A stretch of 64,000 nt of DNA from Opitutales bacterium (GCA_965197745.1 CBDANS010000006.1:1248001-1312000); one strand, 5' to 3'. Positions 25,872-37,387 are shown, counted from the stretch's first letter. Made by a program: numbers and translations. The notes: generated by a model from the sequence alone, not told the origin.

Positions 25872-28800
25872 TTAACGACTACCTCCTTCCATGCGTATTC
25901 GGGGATCGAGCCACATGAGCAAGAGGTCACTGCACAGGGTGCCTAAGACCCCGAGCAAGCTGAGAACCATAAGCATCGAGCCGGCCAAATACATATCTTC
26001 CTTCATCAGGGCATCGAGCATTAACGGCCCCACCGTGGGAAGACTGAGGACCATGGCGACAATCGCGCCCCCGGAGACTAATGAAGGGAAAATTCCCCCG
26101 ATTCCCGAGATAAATGGATTTAACGCTAAACGCACCGGATATTTCATTAAAAGCTTAAACGGTCGCACTCCCTTGGCCATAGCTGTTATGACATAGGGTT
26201 TTCTCAACTCGTCAAGCAAGTTGGCTCGCATAACGCGTATCATACTCGCGGTTCCCGTGACACCCAAAACCACAACAGGCACCCAGATGTGCTGTAAAAG
26301 GTCAATTATTTTACCTCTGGTCCATTCTGGTTGGACTGCATATTCAGGTGAAAACAGGCCTGAGATATTAATGCCCAAGTATTTACCGCTCCAGTACATA
26401 ATAATTAAGGCGAGGAGAAAACTCGGGACGCTCATCCCGATAAAGCCAATCAAGGTGATTAAATAGTCGCCAAGGGTATACTGGCGAATTGCCGAAAAGA
26501 TACCAATAGGCAATGCGACCACCCAGGTAAAGAGGATCGTCCCAAGGGAAATGAGAAAAGTGAGAAGCATGCGATCGCCTACCACTGCATTGATCGTATT
26601 CTGGTTCTCCATCGACAATCCCATATGTCCCTGCAGCAAACCCTGATCTTTTTTTTCGAAAGAGGTAAACCAGTTAAGACCGAGCCAGCGGATATACCGT
26701 TCAGTAATGGGTTTATCAAGATGAAAAATCTCGCTCAGCTCTTTAATCTCAGCAATGGAATTTTCTCCGCCTTTCAGCTGCATCACCAGGATTTTGGTTT
26801 CGATGAAATTGCCCGGAGGTAGCTGGATAATAACAAAAGAAATCACCGAGATGATGAGAAGGGTAGGAATCAAAATGAGCAGCCGCCTTCCGATGTAGGG
26901 ATGCCGAACTCCCAGCAGTATAATTCCACAAACGATGATACCGACAAACAAGTGTCTGATCAATCTTACCAGGCGATTTGTGCTATTCGATTCGAGCGTG
27001 CCGGAAACCAGACCGTAAGGAGCAGGTGTGATTTCGATCAGTTCTTTTTTGATTTGTGAAATGGCTCCAGGCGAATGATATGGCTCTTCAAAGTAATAGG
27101 TTTCTATTCCAGCTTGTGACGGTGGATGATAACGATTGCCATAGAATGCGTTGCGCGGAACATTTTTAAACCCATTTTTAACTACCACCGGGTGCGGTGG
27201 CGCGGTGGCAATATTAATCGACCAGACATTTTCCGCGGCGATATAGAACACTTTATTGAAAATCTTACGTTGGGCTTCACGCGTGGATTCACCGTAAGCT
27301 GCGTCAATGAGTTTCATCGATAGCCGTAAGGGATGATCATTCGGTGGTTCGATGCCTCCGAGTTGAGTGGCTCCAGGATTGCCTGAAAGTCCATCTCTAT
27401 TATACCAGGTAAAATAGCCGAAAGCTTGGAGTGAGGTTAACGCGGCAAAACGTTCTGGTCCCATGATCGGATTGTATTCGCTCTCCGTGGCCCAAATAGA
27501 AAATTCAAGTTTGCCTGATTGTTGTTCTACTTGAAAAAGAGAAAGCGCTGGCTGGTGTCGGATGGCGCGAATGCCCACGCGGCTCCAATCCCCGATGATG
27601 AGCTCCGTCGGCCCTTCGTCTTCCCCTTGCGGCACGGAATAATGCCAGGCCATGCGCGTGCCATCCTTAAATGTACGGTAGCCTTCGGTATCGCGCCGGG
27701 TGAGGCCTATCGCATCGAGCAATTGATTAGCTCGATCGGGCGCATACTCGGTGAAACTTTTATGAAGTTTTTCATGGTGGAAAAACGATTCCCTGCCGGG
27801 CGATAGCTGTGCCGGTTCTCCTACTCCATTGTAAACAATTTCGATGATTTGCCGGCGATTAATGGCGAGGGAGAGCGCCTGGCGGAAGCGTTTGTCATTG
27901 AGAAGATCATGTTTCATTTGGGTAACCGGATTATCAGGGTCTACCAAAAGGTTAAGATTCGGGTAAATAAGGTAGCGTGAGCGTGTTGCCGGAAACCAGT
28001 GATAGACTTCGTAATCACTTGTTTCGCGTTGTGACATGAGCAGGGTGTAGTAGAAATCCATAACAAAAATTTGAAAAGTGATTGCTCCGTTAGATGCCGC
28101 TATGGGTATCAATCTGTAGTTTTTAAGATCGTAGTGTAACCGGTCCACATAAGGGAGCTGATTGCCTTTGGTATCGACTGCCCAGTAGTAGGGATTACGC
28201 ACAAATGTATGGGGCGGGTTAGCTTTATAAGTGCGGTAGATCCAGGGCCAAAGCCGTGGATGTTCCGGGTTGTTCCATTGTTTCAATGATGCGTATAGGG
28301 CATTGCGCGAAGGCAACCTGCTTTCTTCGAGGGTAGCCTCAATTAACGCTTCATCGCCGAGTAGAGGATGGTATTTTTCCAGGTAATGGCGAGGTAAGTT
28401 GAAAATAAGGGCTCGAGCCAGGCGTTCAAGAAACGCTCCGTAGGGTTGAGGAAAAACAAATTTTACCGTGTAATCATTGATTTTAACAATCTCCCCTGCC
28501 ATCCCCCCTACTTTCATCCAATCCGGAGTCACACCACCAAATATTTCATCATTAGTTGTATCCTCCCACCAGAATAGAATATCGTCGGCGGTAAAAGGGT
28601 GACCATCGGACCACTTCATCCCTTTGCGCAGGTAAAAGGTCCATTCCTTCAAGTCGGGACTGGATTCCCAACCTTTAGCTATGTGAGGCACGATCGGGTA
28701 ACCGAGCGGAGACCAGCGAACGAGCGTGGACCCGGAATAGAAGCTTTGGATGATACTCATATCGTTGTAGGATCCTACTACTTTGAACCAGGTGCCGCCG

Positions 28801-29156
28801 TATTTACCAATACCTTCCACCCCTTTGAGAACCAAAGGTTCAGATCCTACGCGTTCAACGACCCGAGGTAGTTTGCCTTCATTCGCCAGTTCATTAAGGA
28901 TAAGTGACTCACCTCTTGGGTACCACGGAGCAGATTCTCCCACGCCGTAGTCGACATTCTGCTGTATTGTAAAAAGGTCATCCTCGGTAAAACTGACGTC
29001 CCGTAATTTTTTCGTATAGTCAATCACCTCTGCACTATAGCGAAGAGGCTCTTCTTCCAGATCCGGTTTTAATACATCTCCCCAAAAATAAATAAACAGG
29101 AATAAGAGACAGCCGGTGAGAACCGTGTACCCCAGAAAGGTGAAACTTTTTTTCAT
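25872..29156 (-). CDS. Family-5 solute-binding protein fused to an OppB-type permease, copy 3 (intact)
   Basis: LRKGMKWSDGHPFTADD, RNPYYW..D..GNQLPYVD, RFRQALSLAINR; then IIQLPPG, DELRKPYVITAMAKG, LDPRIR. Confidence 0.92.
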   Translation of the reverse strand: MKKSFTFLGYTVLTGCLLFLFIYFWGDVLKPDLEEEPLRYSAEVIDYTKKLRDVSFTEDDLFTIQQNVDYGVGESAPWYPRGESLILNELANEGKLPRVVERVGSEPLVLKGVEGIGKYGGTWFKVVGSYNDMSIIQSFYSGSTLVRWSPLGYPIVPHIAKGWESSPDLKEWTFYLRKGMKWSDGHPFTADDILFWWEDTTNDEIFGGVTPDWMKVGGMAGEIVKINDYTVKFVFPQPYGAFLERLARALIFNLPRHYLEKYHPLLGDEALIEATLEESRLPSRNALYASLKQWNNPEHPRLWPWIYRTYKANPPHTFVRNPYYWAVDTKGNQLPYVDRLHYDLKNYRLIPIAASNGAITFQIFVMDFYYTLLMSQRETSDYEVYHWFPATRSRYLIYPNLNLLVDPDNPVTQMKHDLLNDKRFRQALSLAINRRQIIEIVYNGVGEPAQLSPGRESFFHHEKLHKSFTEYAPDRANQLLDAIGLTRRDTEGYRTFKDGTRMAWHYSVPQGEDEGPTELIIGDWSRVGIRAIRHQPALSLFQVEQQSGKLEFSIWATESEYNPIMGPERFAALTSLQAFGYFTWYNRDGLSGNPGATQLGGIEPPNDHPLRLSMKLIDAAYGESTREAQRKIFNKVFYIAAENVWSINIATAPPHPVVVKNGFKNVPRNAFYGNRYHPPSQAGIETYYFEEPYHSPGAISQIKKELIEITPAPYGLVSGTLESNSTNRLVRLIRHLFVGIIVCGIILLGVRHPYIGRRLLILIPTLLIISVISFVIIQLPPGNFIETKILVMQLKGGENSIAEIKELSEIFHLDKPITERYIRWLGLNWFTSFEKKDQGLLQGHMGLSMENQNTINAVVGDRMLLTFLISLGTILFTWVVALPIGIFSAIRQYTLGDYLITLIGFIGMSVPSFLLALIIMYWSGKYLGINISGLFSPEYAVQPEWTRGKIIDLLQHIWVPVVVLGVTGTASMIRVMRANLLDELRKPYVITAMAKGVRPFKLLMKYPVRLALNPFISGIGGIFPSLVSGGAIVAMVLSLPTVGPLMLDALMKEDMYLAGSMLMVLSLLGVLGTLCSDLLLMWLDPRIRMEGGSR

Positions 29157-31548
29157 GCAAATTATTTATTAACAACGAATGAAGATAAATGACACGAATT
29201 ATGTTAACGGCTGATTAATCGACAACGGGAAGTAATAATCCTCATCTGCTCCCGCTCTCCATTCGAATTCTTGGATCAAGCATAAGAAGCAGAAGATCAC
29301 TGACAAGCGTGCCAAAGACGTCGAGCAGGCTTAGAACCATAAGCATGGATCCGGCTAAATACATATCTTCCTTCATCAGCGCATCAAGCATCAACGGTCC
29401 CACCGTGGGCAGGCTTAGAACCATGGCGACGATCGCGCCTCCAGACACTAATTGGGGAAAGATCACCCCGATCCCGGAGATAAAAGGATTAAGCGCGATA
29501 CGCACCGGGTACTTCATAAGTAATTTGAATGGCCGCACCCCTTTAGCCATAGCGGTTGTTACATAAGGTTTATTCAGTTCGTCAAGAAGGTTGCCACGCA
29601 TCACCCGTATCATGCTTGCTGTTCCCGAAATGCCCAAAACTACCACAGGCACCCAGATATGCTGTAAGAGGTCAATTATTTTACCCCGCGTCCATTCTGG
29701 TTGCACTGCATACTCAGGTAAAAATAGACCGGAAATGTTAATACCCAGATATTTACCGCTCCAATATAAGAGGAGCAAGGCGAGGAGAAAACCGGGGACG
29801 CTCATCCCGATAAAGCCGATGAAGGTAAATAAATAATCACTTGTCGTATACTGTCGAACCGCCGAATAGATTCCGATAGGGAAAGCTATTGCCCAGGTAA
29901 AAAGAATAGTGCCCAACGAGATGAGGAAAGTAAGGAGAATGCGATCACCGACCACTTCATTGACCGTGCTCTGGTTCTCCATTGACAATCCCATATGCCC
30001 TTGCAGTAAGCCCTGGTCTTTTTTTTCAAATGAGGTAAACCAGTTCAGGCCAAGCCAGCGGGCATAGCGTTCAGCGATGGGTTTATCGAGATGAAAAATC
30101 TCGCGCAGCTCTTTAGCTTCGTCAATAGAACTTGTGCCGCCTTTTAGCTGAAGTTCTAATATTTTGGTCTCGATATAATTTCCCGGCGGAAGCTGGATGA
30201 TAATAAAAGATATCACCGAGATGATGAGTAGGGTTGGAATCATAATAAGCAGCCGCCTGCCAATATAGGGATGCCGCAACCCGATCATAATCATCCCACA
30301 TATAAAAACGCCGATAAGCATGTGCTTAATAAGCCTTGCCAGTCGGATCTCCCTATTCAATTCACGATTGAATGAAGCCACGCTATGAGGAGCAGGGGTG
30401 ACTTCAACCATTTCCTTTTTAAGCTGAGCAATGGCGCCAGGAGAATCATATGTTTCTTCAAAATAATAAGTTTCCATTCCCGCATGGGCAGGCGGACTGT
30501 AGAGCGCGCCATAAAAGGCGTTGCGCGGAACATTCTTCAATCCGTTTTTGACTACGACCAGATGCGGTGCCGGGGTTGCAATATTGATTGTCCAGAGATT
30601 CTCCGCAGCAATATCGAATACTTCATTGAAAATTATTCGTTGATCACCACGTGCGGTTTTGCTGTAAGCTTCATCAATGAGTTTCATCGATAACCGCAAT
30701 GGATGATCTTTCGGGGGCGCGATGCCGCCGAATTGTGTGGCTTCAGGATTATCGTAATGCCCCCCTCTTATATACCAGTTATAATAGCCGTATGCCTGTT
30801 GTTGAGATAAGGCCATGAAATTTTCAGGGCGCACAATAGGATTGAATTCGCACTGCGCCGAATAAACGGTAAATTCCAGTTGGCGTGATCTAATTTCAAC
30901 GGTATAAAGCGAGATCGTTGGCCGACGACGGATAGCGAGAATACCCACGCGGCTCCAGTCTTCAATGATGAGCTCAGTCGGCCCCTCGTCTTCCATCTCC
31001 GGCAGGGTATAATGCCATGCCATGCGCGTTCCGTCTTTGAAGGTGCGGTAGCCTTCGCCATCACGCCGCGTAAGTCCTATCTCGTCGAGTAATCTATTCG
31101 CTCGCTCGGGGTCATACTCGGTAAAACTTTTGTGTAGTTTTTCATGGTGAAAGAAAGATTCTCTGCCGGGTGATAACTGCGCCGGTTCTCCCATCCTGTT
31201 GTATACCGTATCGATGATTTGCCGGCGATTGATGGCGAAGGAAAGAGCCTGGCGGAAGCGTTTATCATTAAGAAGATCATGCTTCATTCGGGATACCGGA
31301 TCATCGGGATCGATCAAAAGGTTGAGATTAGGATAAATGAGATAGCGCGAACGGGTTGCTGGAAACCAATGATATACTTCGTAATCTCCTTTAGCACGTT
31401 CTGACATCAGCAAGGTGTAATGAAGGTCCATGACAAATGTTTGAAAGGTAATAGCTCCATTAGCTGCTGCTATTGGCATAAGCTGCTGATTTTTTATTTC
31501 AAAATGCAAGGTAATTAATAGATTTGGGCTTGATGTTTAATACGCGCT

Positions 31549-31868
31549 TCAATCTAGACCCAACTCATTTTTAAGCTCATCAATTCTCTGCTTCGTCGAA
31601 TCAATCTCTTCTATTAGCTGGCAAAGTTCTTCTTCGGAAGCCCAAGAAATTTCCTTACGCGCCCCACCTGTTCCTGGCACGAAATACAATAATTTCCCTC
31701 TTCCCACGGCGTAATTAAAGGGACGCTCGTCAAGCAGATTGCTAACCCCATCTATATAGTTTGCTTCATTGATCTTGCCTTTGATCTAAGGCATTTCAAG
31801 TGATTTTTTTGTTCTCCATGTTCGCGATACATTTTACCAATCTCACGATCTTTCTCTTCTTCTGTCAT
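31549..31868 (-). pseudogene. IS passenger gene, about 105 aa, frameshifted; unknown function
   Basis: AAAGGA RBS then ATG 31868: MTEEEKDREIGKMYREH...MKQTI*. Removing 2 nt from ACTATATAGAT continues IDGVSNLL...RIDELKNELGLD* just inside the TIR. Confidence 0.6.
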
Positions 31869-31882
31869 TGTATTAATTCCTT

Positions 31883-32752
31883 TCAATTCATCGCCATATT
31901 AAGGAATGCACTGAATCCGTCATTGCGTTCCCGTTGATTATACTTCCAGCATGCCTCAGCGATGTATAAAGGCATGTAAAGCTTTTTATAATGGTGGTGC
32001 TGACCAAACCAAGCACGTTTCAAGTGAGACCAAAACCCTTCTATTGAGTTGGTGTGAACATCACCGTCTACATAGCTCTCACTGTGATTGATAGTGACCC
32101 TAGCCAAGAGATTATCGAGAATCTTGTATGCGGGAAATTCATCGGTAACTAAGATAGTCTCATCAGCATCGGTTGCGCTGTTAATAAAACGTAGTACACC
32201 AAATCTGCTCAGATCATCGACAACTTTGGCTATAACTTTACCACCACGCTCTACCGCGCCTATAACAGGAGTTTTCTTGGTTCCCCTACCACGCTTTGGA
32301 AGGTCATCATCGTCCTTACTGCGTCGTGGCTTCCCACCGATATAAGTTTCGTCCATTTCAACTACACCATTCAGGAAACGACGCTCCTTGCTTGCTATAG
32401 CCGCACGAATACGCTGTTGCATATACCAGCAAGACATTTGATTTAGTTCCAGATCGCGAGCCAACTGGCAACTCGATAAGCTTTTCTTTGCATTTACCAT
32501 CAACGCAATTGCAAGGAACCATTTTTGAAGCGGGACGTGAGTTCCCTGAAATACTGTCCCTGAAAGCACGTTAAAGCTGTTCTGGCAATCGTGGCAGTTC
32601 CATCGGCCAACTCTCTTTTTTTCCTTCTTACGCGCTACATGATCGCTTTCACAGTGCGGACAACACGGTTTTCCTTTCCACCTGACAACCTCTAAATGGT
32701 CGATGCAAGCTTGTTGAGTAGGATATTTTTTTAATACGGATATTAGGTTCAT
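31883..32752 (-). CDS. IS1595-family DDE transposase (289 aa)
   Basis: AGGAG RBS; Zn ribbon CPHC...CHDC; VEMDETYIGG, TDEFPAY, HTNSIEGFWSHLKR, GQHH. Confidence 0.95.
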   Translation of the reverse strand: MNLISVLKKYPTQQACIDHLEVVRWKGKPCCPHCESDHVARKKEKKRVGRWNCHDCQNSFNVLSGTVFQGTHVPLQKWFLAIALMVNAKKSLSSCQLARDLELNQMSCWYMQQRIRAAIASKERRFLNGVVEMDETYIGGKPRRSKDDDDLPKRGRGTKKTPVIGAVERGGKVIAKVVDDLSRFGVLRFINSATDADETILVTDEFPAYKILDNLLARVTINHSESYVDGDVHTNSIEGFWSHLKRAWFGQHHHYKKLYMPLYIAEACWKYNQRERNDGFSAFLNMAMN

Positions 32753-33951
32753 TTTATTTTCTCCTTTTATCCTAAGCTTGTGAATCTTATCCATTTTGTC
32801 AAGCCCTAATCTATTAATTACCAAATGTAATCGGTCCACGTAGGGAAGTTGATTGCCTTCAGGGTCGACAGCCCAGAAATAGGGATTGCGCACAAAAACC
32901 TGGGGTGGATTAGCTTTATAGCTGCGATAAATCCAGGGCCAAAGCCGCGGGTGTTCAGGATTGTTCCATTTTTGCAACGCCACATAGAGGCTTTTTCGCG
33001 AGGGGAGTCTTCTTTGCTCGAGGGTAGCCGCGATAAGCGCATCGTCACCCAGTGCCGGGTGGTATCTTTCAAGATAATGGCGAGGAGAACAAAAAGCCCA
33101 GGCTCTCGCTAACTTTTCCAGAAACGTTCCATGGGGCTGAGAAAATAGATACTTTACGGTGTAATCATCGATTTTAATAATCTCTCCTTGTTCCCCCCCC
33201 ACGTTCATCCAGTCCGGTGGCACATCCTCGAATAAATCATATTTAATCACATCGTTCCACCAGTAGAGAATATCGTCGGCAGTAAAGGGGTGACCGTCAG
33301 ACCACTTCAACCCTCTTCGCAGGTAAAATGTCCACTCCTTCTTATCGGGACTGGATTTCCAACCCCTGGCGATGCAAGGCACTATCGGATAACCTAAGGG
33401 AGACCAGCGAACCAGGGTGATCCCGGACAAAAAATTCCGTAAGAAATCTAATTCAGACAGAGATCCATACACCCTGAACCAGGTGCCCCCATATTTTCCG
33501 ATACTGTCCACACCCTTGAGCACCACCGGTTCTGCCCCCGTACGCTTATCAACGGGAGGCAGTTTGCCCTCATTTACCAGTTCGCTTAGTATGGGCGACT
33601 CGCCTTTGGGGTACCATGGAGCTGATTCTCCCTCCCCATAGTCGACGTCCTTCTGTATCTTGAAAAGGTCATCCTCGGTAAAACTGACGTCCCGCAATTT
33701 TTTTGTATAGCCAATCACCTCCTCACTATAGTGAAGAGGTTCTTTCTCCAGCTCCGGTTTTAAAATATCACCCCAATAATAAAGAAATCCGAATAAGAGA
33801 CAGCCGGTGAGAACAGGGTACCCCAGAAGTTTTAAACTTCTTTTCATGTCAATTTTTTAGTCAGGAAATACCTTAATCGGACTTCGATCAACTACCGTGC
33901 CCCGCTATCCCGTGGGCGACATCCACCATTCGGCAATCGAAAATTGTACCC

Positions 33952-36900
33952 TTATCTACTTCCTCCTTCCATCCTGATTCTTGGATCGAGCCACATGAGC
34001 AAGAGGTCACTGACCAGGGTGCCAAGGACGCCGAGCAGGCTTAGAACCATGAGCATCGATCCGGCTAAATACATATCTTCTTTCATCAGAGCCTCGAGCA
34101 TTAACGGCCCAACCGTGGGGAGACTGAGGACCATGGCGACGATCGCGCCGCCAGAGACTAATGACGGGAATATCCCCCCGATTCCGGAAATAAAAGGATT
34201 AAGCGCTAAGCGTACGGGGTATTTCATCAACAGTTTAAACGGGCGCGCGCCCTTGGCCATAGCTGTAATGACATAAGGCTTTCTCAACTCGTCAAGCAAG
34301 TTACCTCGCATCACCCGGATCATACCCGCTGTTCCCGTGACACCTAAAACGACAACGGGCACCCAGATGTGCTGCAAGAGGTCAATTATTTTCCCCCTCG
34401 TCCATTCTGGTTGGACTGCATATTCAGGAGAAAACAGGCCAGAGATATTAATGCCAAGATACTTACCGCTCCAATAAAGGAGAATTAAGGCGAGTAAGAA
34501 GCTGGGGACACTCATCCCGACAAAACCGATTAATGTAAATAAATAGTCACTCAGTGTATATTGTCGAACTGCTGAATAGATGCCAATGGGCAGAGCAACG
34601 GCCCAGGTAAAAAGAATTGTGCCTAGCGAAATAAGAAAAGTGAGAAGGATGCGATCACCGACAACTTCATTTATCGGGTTCTGATTCTCCATTGACAATC
34701 CCATATGGCCTTGCATTAAGCCCTGGTCTTTTTTTTCAAAGGAGGTAAACCAGTGAAGGCCAAGCCAGCGGGTATAACGTTCAGCGATGGATTTATCGAG
34801 ATGAAAAATCTCGCGCAGCTCTTTAGCCTCTTCAATGGAACTTCGTCCGCCTTTTAGCTGTAATTCCAATATTTTGGTCTCGATGTAATTTCCCGGAGGT
34901 AGCTGAATGATAACGAAAGAGATCACCGAGATAATGAGAAGAGTAGGAATCATGATGAGCAACCGCCTGCCGATATAAGGATGGCGCACCCCGATCATAA
35001 TCATACCGCAAATTAAAATGCCGATAAACAAGTACTTAATAAGTTTTGCCAATCGGATATCGCTTTTCAACTCGCGGGCGTCAGACACCAGGCTATAAGG
35101 AGCAGGGGTGATTTCAATCATTTCCTTTTTGATCTGAGCGATCGCGCCAGGCGAATCATAAGGCTCTTCAAAGTAAAAGGTTTCCATTCCCACATGGGAA
35201 GGCGGACTGTAGCGAGCGCCATAAAATGCGTTGTGCGGAACATTCTTAAAACCGTTTTTGACTACGACTGGATGTGGTGGAGGAGTGCTCACATTGATCG
35301 TCCAAAGATTTTCAGCTGCGATATCGAATACTTCATTGAAAATTTCGCGTTGAGCTTTATGCGAAGCTTTGCCGAAAGCTTCTTCAATGAGTTTCATCGA
35401 CAGCCGTATGGGATGATCGTTCGGTGGTGCGATTCCGCCAAATTGAGTGGCTTCGGGGTTATCGTAAAGCCCCCCTCTTAAATACCAGATCTGATAGCCG
35501 TAAGCTTGTTGTGCAGTTATAGCCATAAAATGTTCAGGTCCCACGATAGGATTGAATTCACTCTCCGCGGCATAAACGGTAAATTCAAGTTTACGCGAGC
35601 TCGTTTCAACTTGATAAAGTGAGATCGTTGGCCGACGGCGGATGGCGAGGATGCCTACACGACCCCAGTCTTCGATGATGAGCTCCGTTGGCCCCTCATC
35701 TTCCATCTGCGGCAGGGTATAATGCCAGGCCATGCGCGTTCCGTCTTTGAAGGTGCGGTAACCTTCGCCATCACGCCGCGTAAGGCCAATCTCGTCAAGC
35801 AAACGGTTTGCGCGCTCGGGGTCATACTCGGTAAAACTATTATGTAGTTTTTCATGGTGGAAAAAAGATTCCCTGCCGGGTGATAACTGCGCCGGCTCTC
35901 CCACCCGGTTGTATACTGTTTCGATAATTTGCCGGCGATTAATAGCGAGGGAAAGAGCCTGTCGGAAGCGTTTATCATTAAGAAGATCGTGCTTCATTTG
36001 GGTTACCGGATTATCGGGAACGATCAAATGGTTGAGATTAGGATAGATGAGATAACGTGAACGGGTTGCTGGAAACCAATGATAAACTTCATAATCTCCA
36101 TTATCACGTTCTGACATCAGCAAAGTGTAATGGAGATCCATGACAAAAATTTGAAAGGTAATGGCTCCACTTGCTGCGGCTATAGATATAAGCTGCTGGT
36201 TTTTTATTTCGAAATGTAATCGGTCCACATAAGGCAGTTGATTGCCCTCAGTGTCGACAGCCCAATAGTAGGGGTTGCGCACAAATACCTGGGGTGGGTT
36301 GGCTTTGTAGCTGCGATAAATCCAGGGCCAAAGCCGTGGATGTTCAGGGTTGTTCCATTTTTGCAACACCGCATATAAGCTTTTTCGCGAGGGAAGCCTT
36401 CTTTCTTCCAGGGCAGCCTCGATAAGCGTGTCATCACCAAGTTGCGGGTGGTATTTTTCAAGATAATGTCGGGGCGAGCAAAAAGCCCAGGCTCGAGCCA
36501 GGCGTTCAAGAAACGTTCCATAGGATTGAGGGAAAACGAACTTTATGGTGTGATCATCGATTTTGATTATTTCCCCATGTTTCCCACCCACGCTCATCCA
36601 GTCTGGCAGTGTACTCTCGAATAAATCAGAATTAATCTCGTAGTTCCACCAATAGAGGATATCAGCAGCGGTCAAAGGATGACCATCGGACCACTTCATG
36701 CCTCTTCGCAGGTAAAAGGTCCATTCTTTCAAGTCGGAACTGGATTCCCAACTCCTGGCTATGTGCGGCACGATCGGATAACCGAACGGAGACCAGCGAA
36801 CCAGGGTAGAACCAGATTTAAAGCCTTGTATGATATCTATTTCAGACCGAGATCCATACACCCGGAACCAGGTGCCCCCGTATTTGCCGATACCATCCAC

Positions 36901-37236
36901 CCCCTTGAGCACCACCGGTTCTGTCCCTGCACGCTCAACCACGTTTGGTAGTTTGCCTTCATTCACCAGTTCACTAAGAATGGGCGATTCACCTTTGGGA
37001 TACCATCGAGCGGATTCTCTCTCACTGTAGTCGACATCCTCTTGTATTTTGAAAAGATCATCCTCGGTAAAACTGACGTCCCGTAATTTTTTCGTATAAT
37101 CCATCACCCCCTCACTATAGTGAAGGGGTTCTTTCTCCAGATCCGGTTTTAAAATATCGCCCCAAATATAAAGAAATCCGAATAAAACACAGCCGGTAAG
37201 AACGATGTACCCAGGAAAGGCGAATTTTTTTCTCAT
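33952..37236 (-). CDS. Family-5 solute-binding protein fused to an OppB-type permease, copy 1 (intact)
   Basis: Same architecture and length (1094 aa) as copy 3, with high visible identity. Confidence 0.92.
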   Translation of the reverse strand: MRKKFAFPGYIVLTGCVLFGFLYIWGDILKPDLEKEPLHYSEGVMDYTKKLRDVSFTEDDLFKIQEDVDYSERESARWYPKGESPILSELVNEGKLPNVVERAGTEPVVLKGVDGIGKYGGTWFRVYGSRSEIDIIQGFKSGSTLVRWSPFGYPIVPHIARSWESSSDLKEWTFYLRRGMKWSDGHPLTAADILYWWNYEINSDLFESTLPDWMSVGGKHGEIIKIDDHTIKFVFPQSYGTFLERLARAWAFCSPRHYLEKYHPQLGDDTLIEAALEERRLPSRKSLYAVLQKWNNPEHPRLWPWIYRSYKANPPQVFVRNPYYWAVDTEGNQLPYVDRLHFEIKNQQLISIAAASGAITFQIFVMDLHYTLLMSERDNGDYEVYHWFPATRSRYLIYPNLNHLIVPDNPVTQMKHDLLNDKRFRQALSLAINRRQIIETVYNRVGEPAQLSPGRESFFHHEKLHNSFTEYDPERANRLLDEIGLTRRDGEGYRTFKDGTRMAWHYTLPQMEDEGPTELIIEDWGRVGILAIRRRPTISLYQVETSSRKLEFTVYAAESEFNPIVGPEHFMAITAQQAYGYQIWYLRGGLYDNPEATQFGGIAPPNDHPIRLSMKLIEEAFGKASHKAQREIFNEVFDIAAENLWTINVSTPPPHPVVVKNGFKNVPHNAFYGARYSPPSHVGMETFYFEEPYDSPGAIAQIKKEMIEITPAPYSLVSDARELKSDIRLAKLIKYLFIGILICGMIMIGVRHPYIGRRLLIMIPTLLIISVISFVIIQLPPGNYIETKILELQLKGGRSSIEEAKELREIFHLDKSIAERYTRWLGLHWFTSFEKKDQGLMQGHMGLSMENQNPINEVVGDRILLTFLISLGTILFTWAVALPIGIYSAVRQYTLSDYLFTLIGFVGMSVPSFLLALILLYWSGKYLGINISGLFSPEYAVQPEWTRGKIIDLLQHIWVPVVVLGVTGTAGMIRVMRGNLLDELRKPYVITAMAKGARPFKLLMKYPVRLALNPFISGIGGIFPSLVSGGAIVAMVLSLPTVGPLMLEALMKEDMYLAGSMLMVLSLLGVLGTLVSDLLLMWLDPRIRMEGGSR

Positions 37237-37387
37237 GCTATTTATTTTTTAAACCACGAATTAACGCACCAGGGCTTCAACCGTCGACCAGCAGTCGTAT
37301 GTGTAGACAACGCCTCACCTGCGGCCACACTCCACACGAATGCGAGAGTCGAGGGGCATGAATTTTACCGGTGTGTAATCGTTATCA

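Larger units (their letters stand above)
31510..32822 (-). mobile_element. IS1595-family insertion sequence, 1313 bp
   Basis: 24-bp TIRs GGTAATTAATAGATT(T/A)GGGCTTGA at 31510-31533 and 32799-32822; 8-bp target duplication AAATGCAA (31502-31509) / AAATGTAA (32823-32830). Confidence 0.95.
29242..33847 (-). pseudogene. SBP-OppB permease fusion, copy 2, interrupted by IS1595 at 31510-32822
   Basis: The 5' half (33847-32823) ends ..LPYVDRLH and the 3' half (31509-29242) resumes HFEIKNQQL; copy 1 reads DRLHFEIKNQQL continuously. Confidence 0.92.

Noticed and set aside
31883..33847. 654-aa SBP-transposase ORF as an evolved fusion protein
   Set aside because: TIRs, a target duplication and the transposase's own RBS show it is an IS insertion that happens to be in frame.
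37283..37353. Imperfect hairpin upstream of the ABC operon as a riboswitch
   Set aside because: Pairing is loose, and I recognise no aptamer consensus or terminator.
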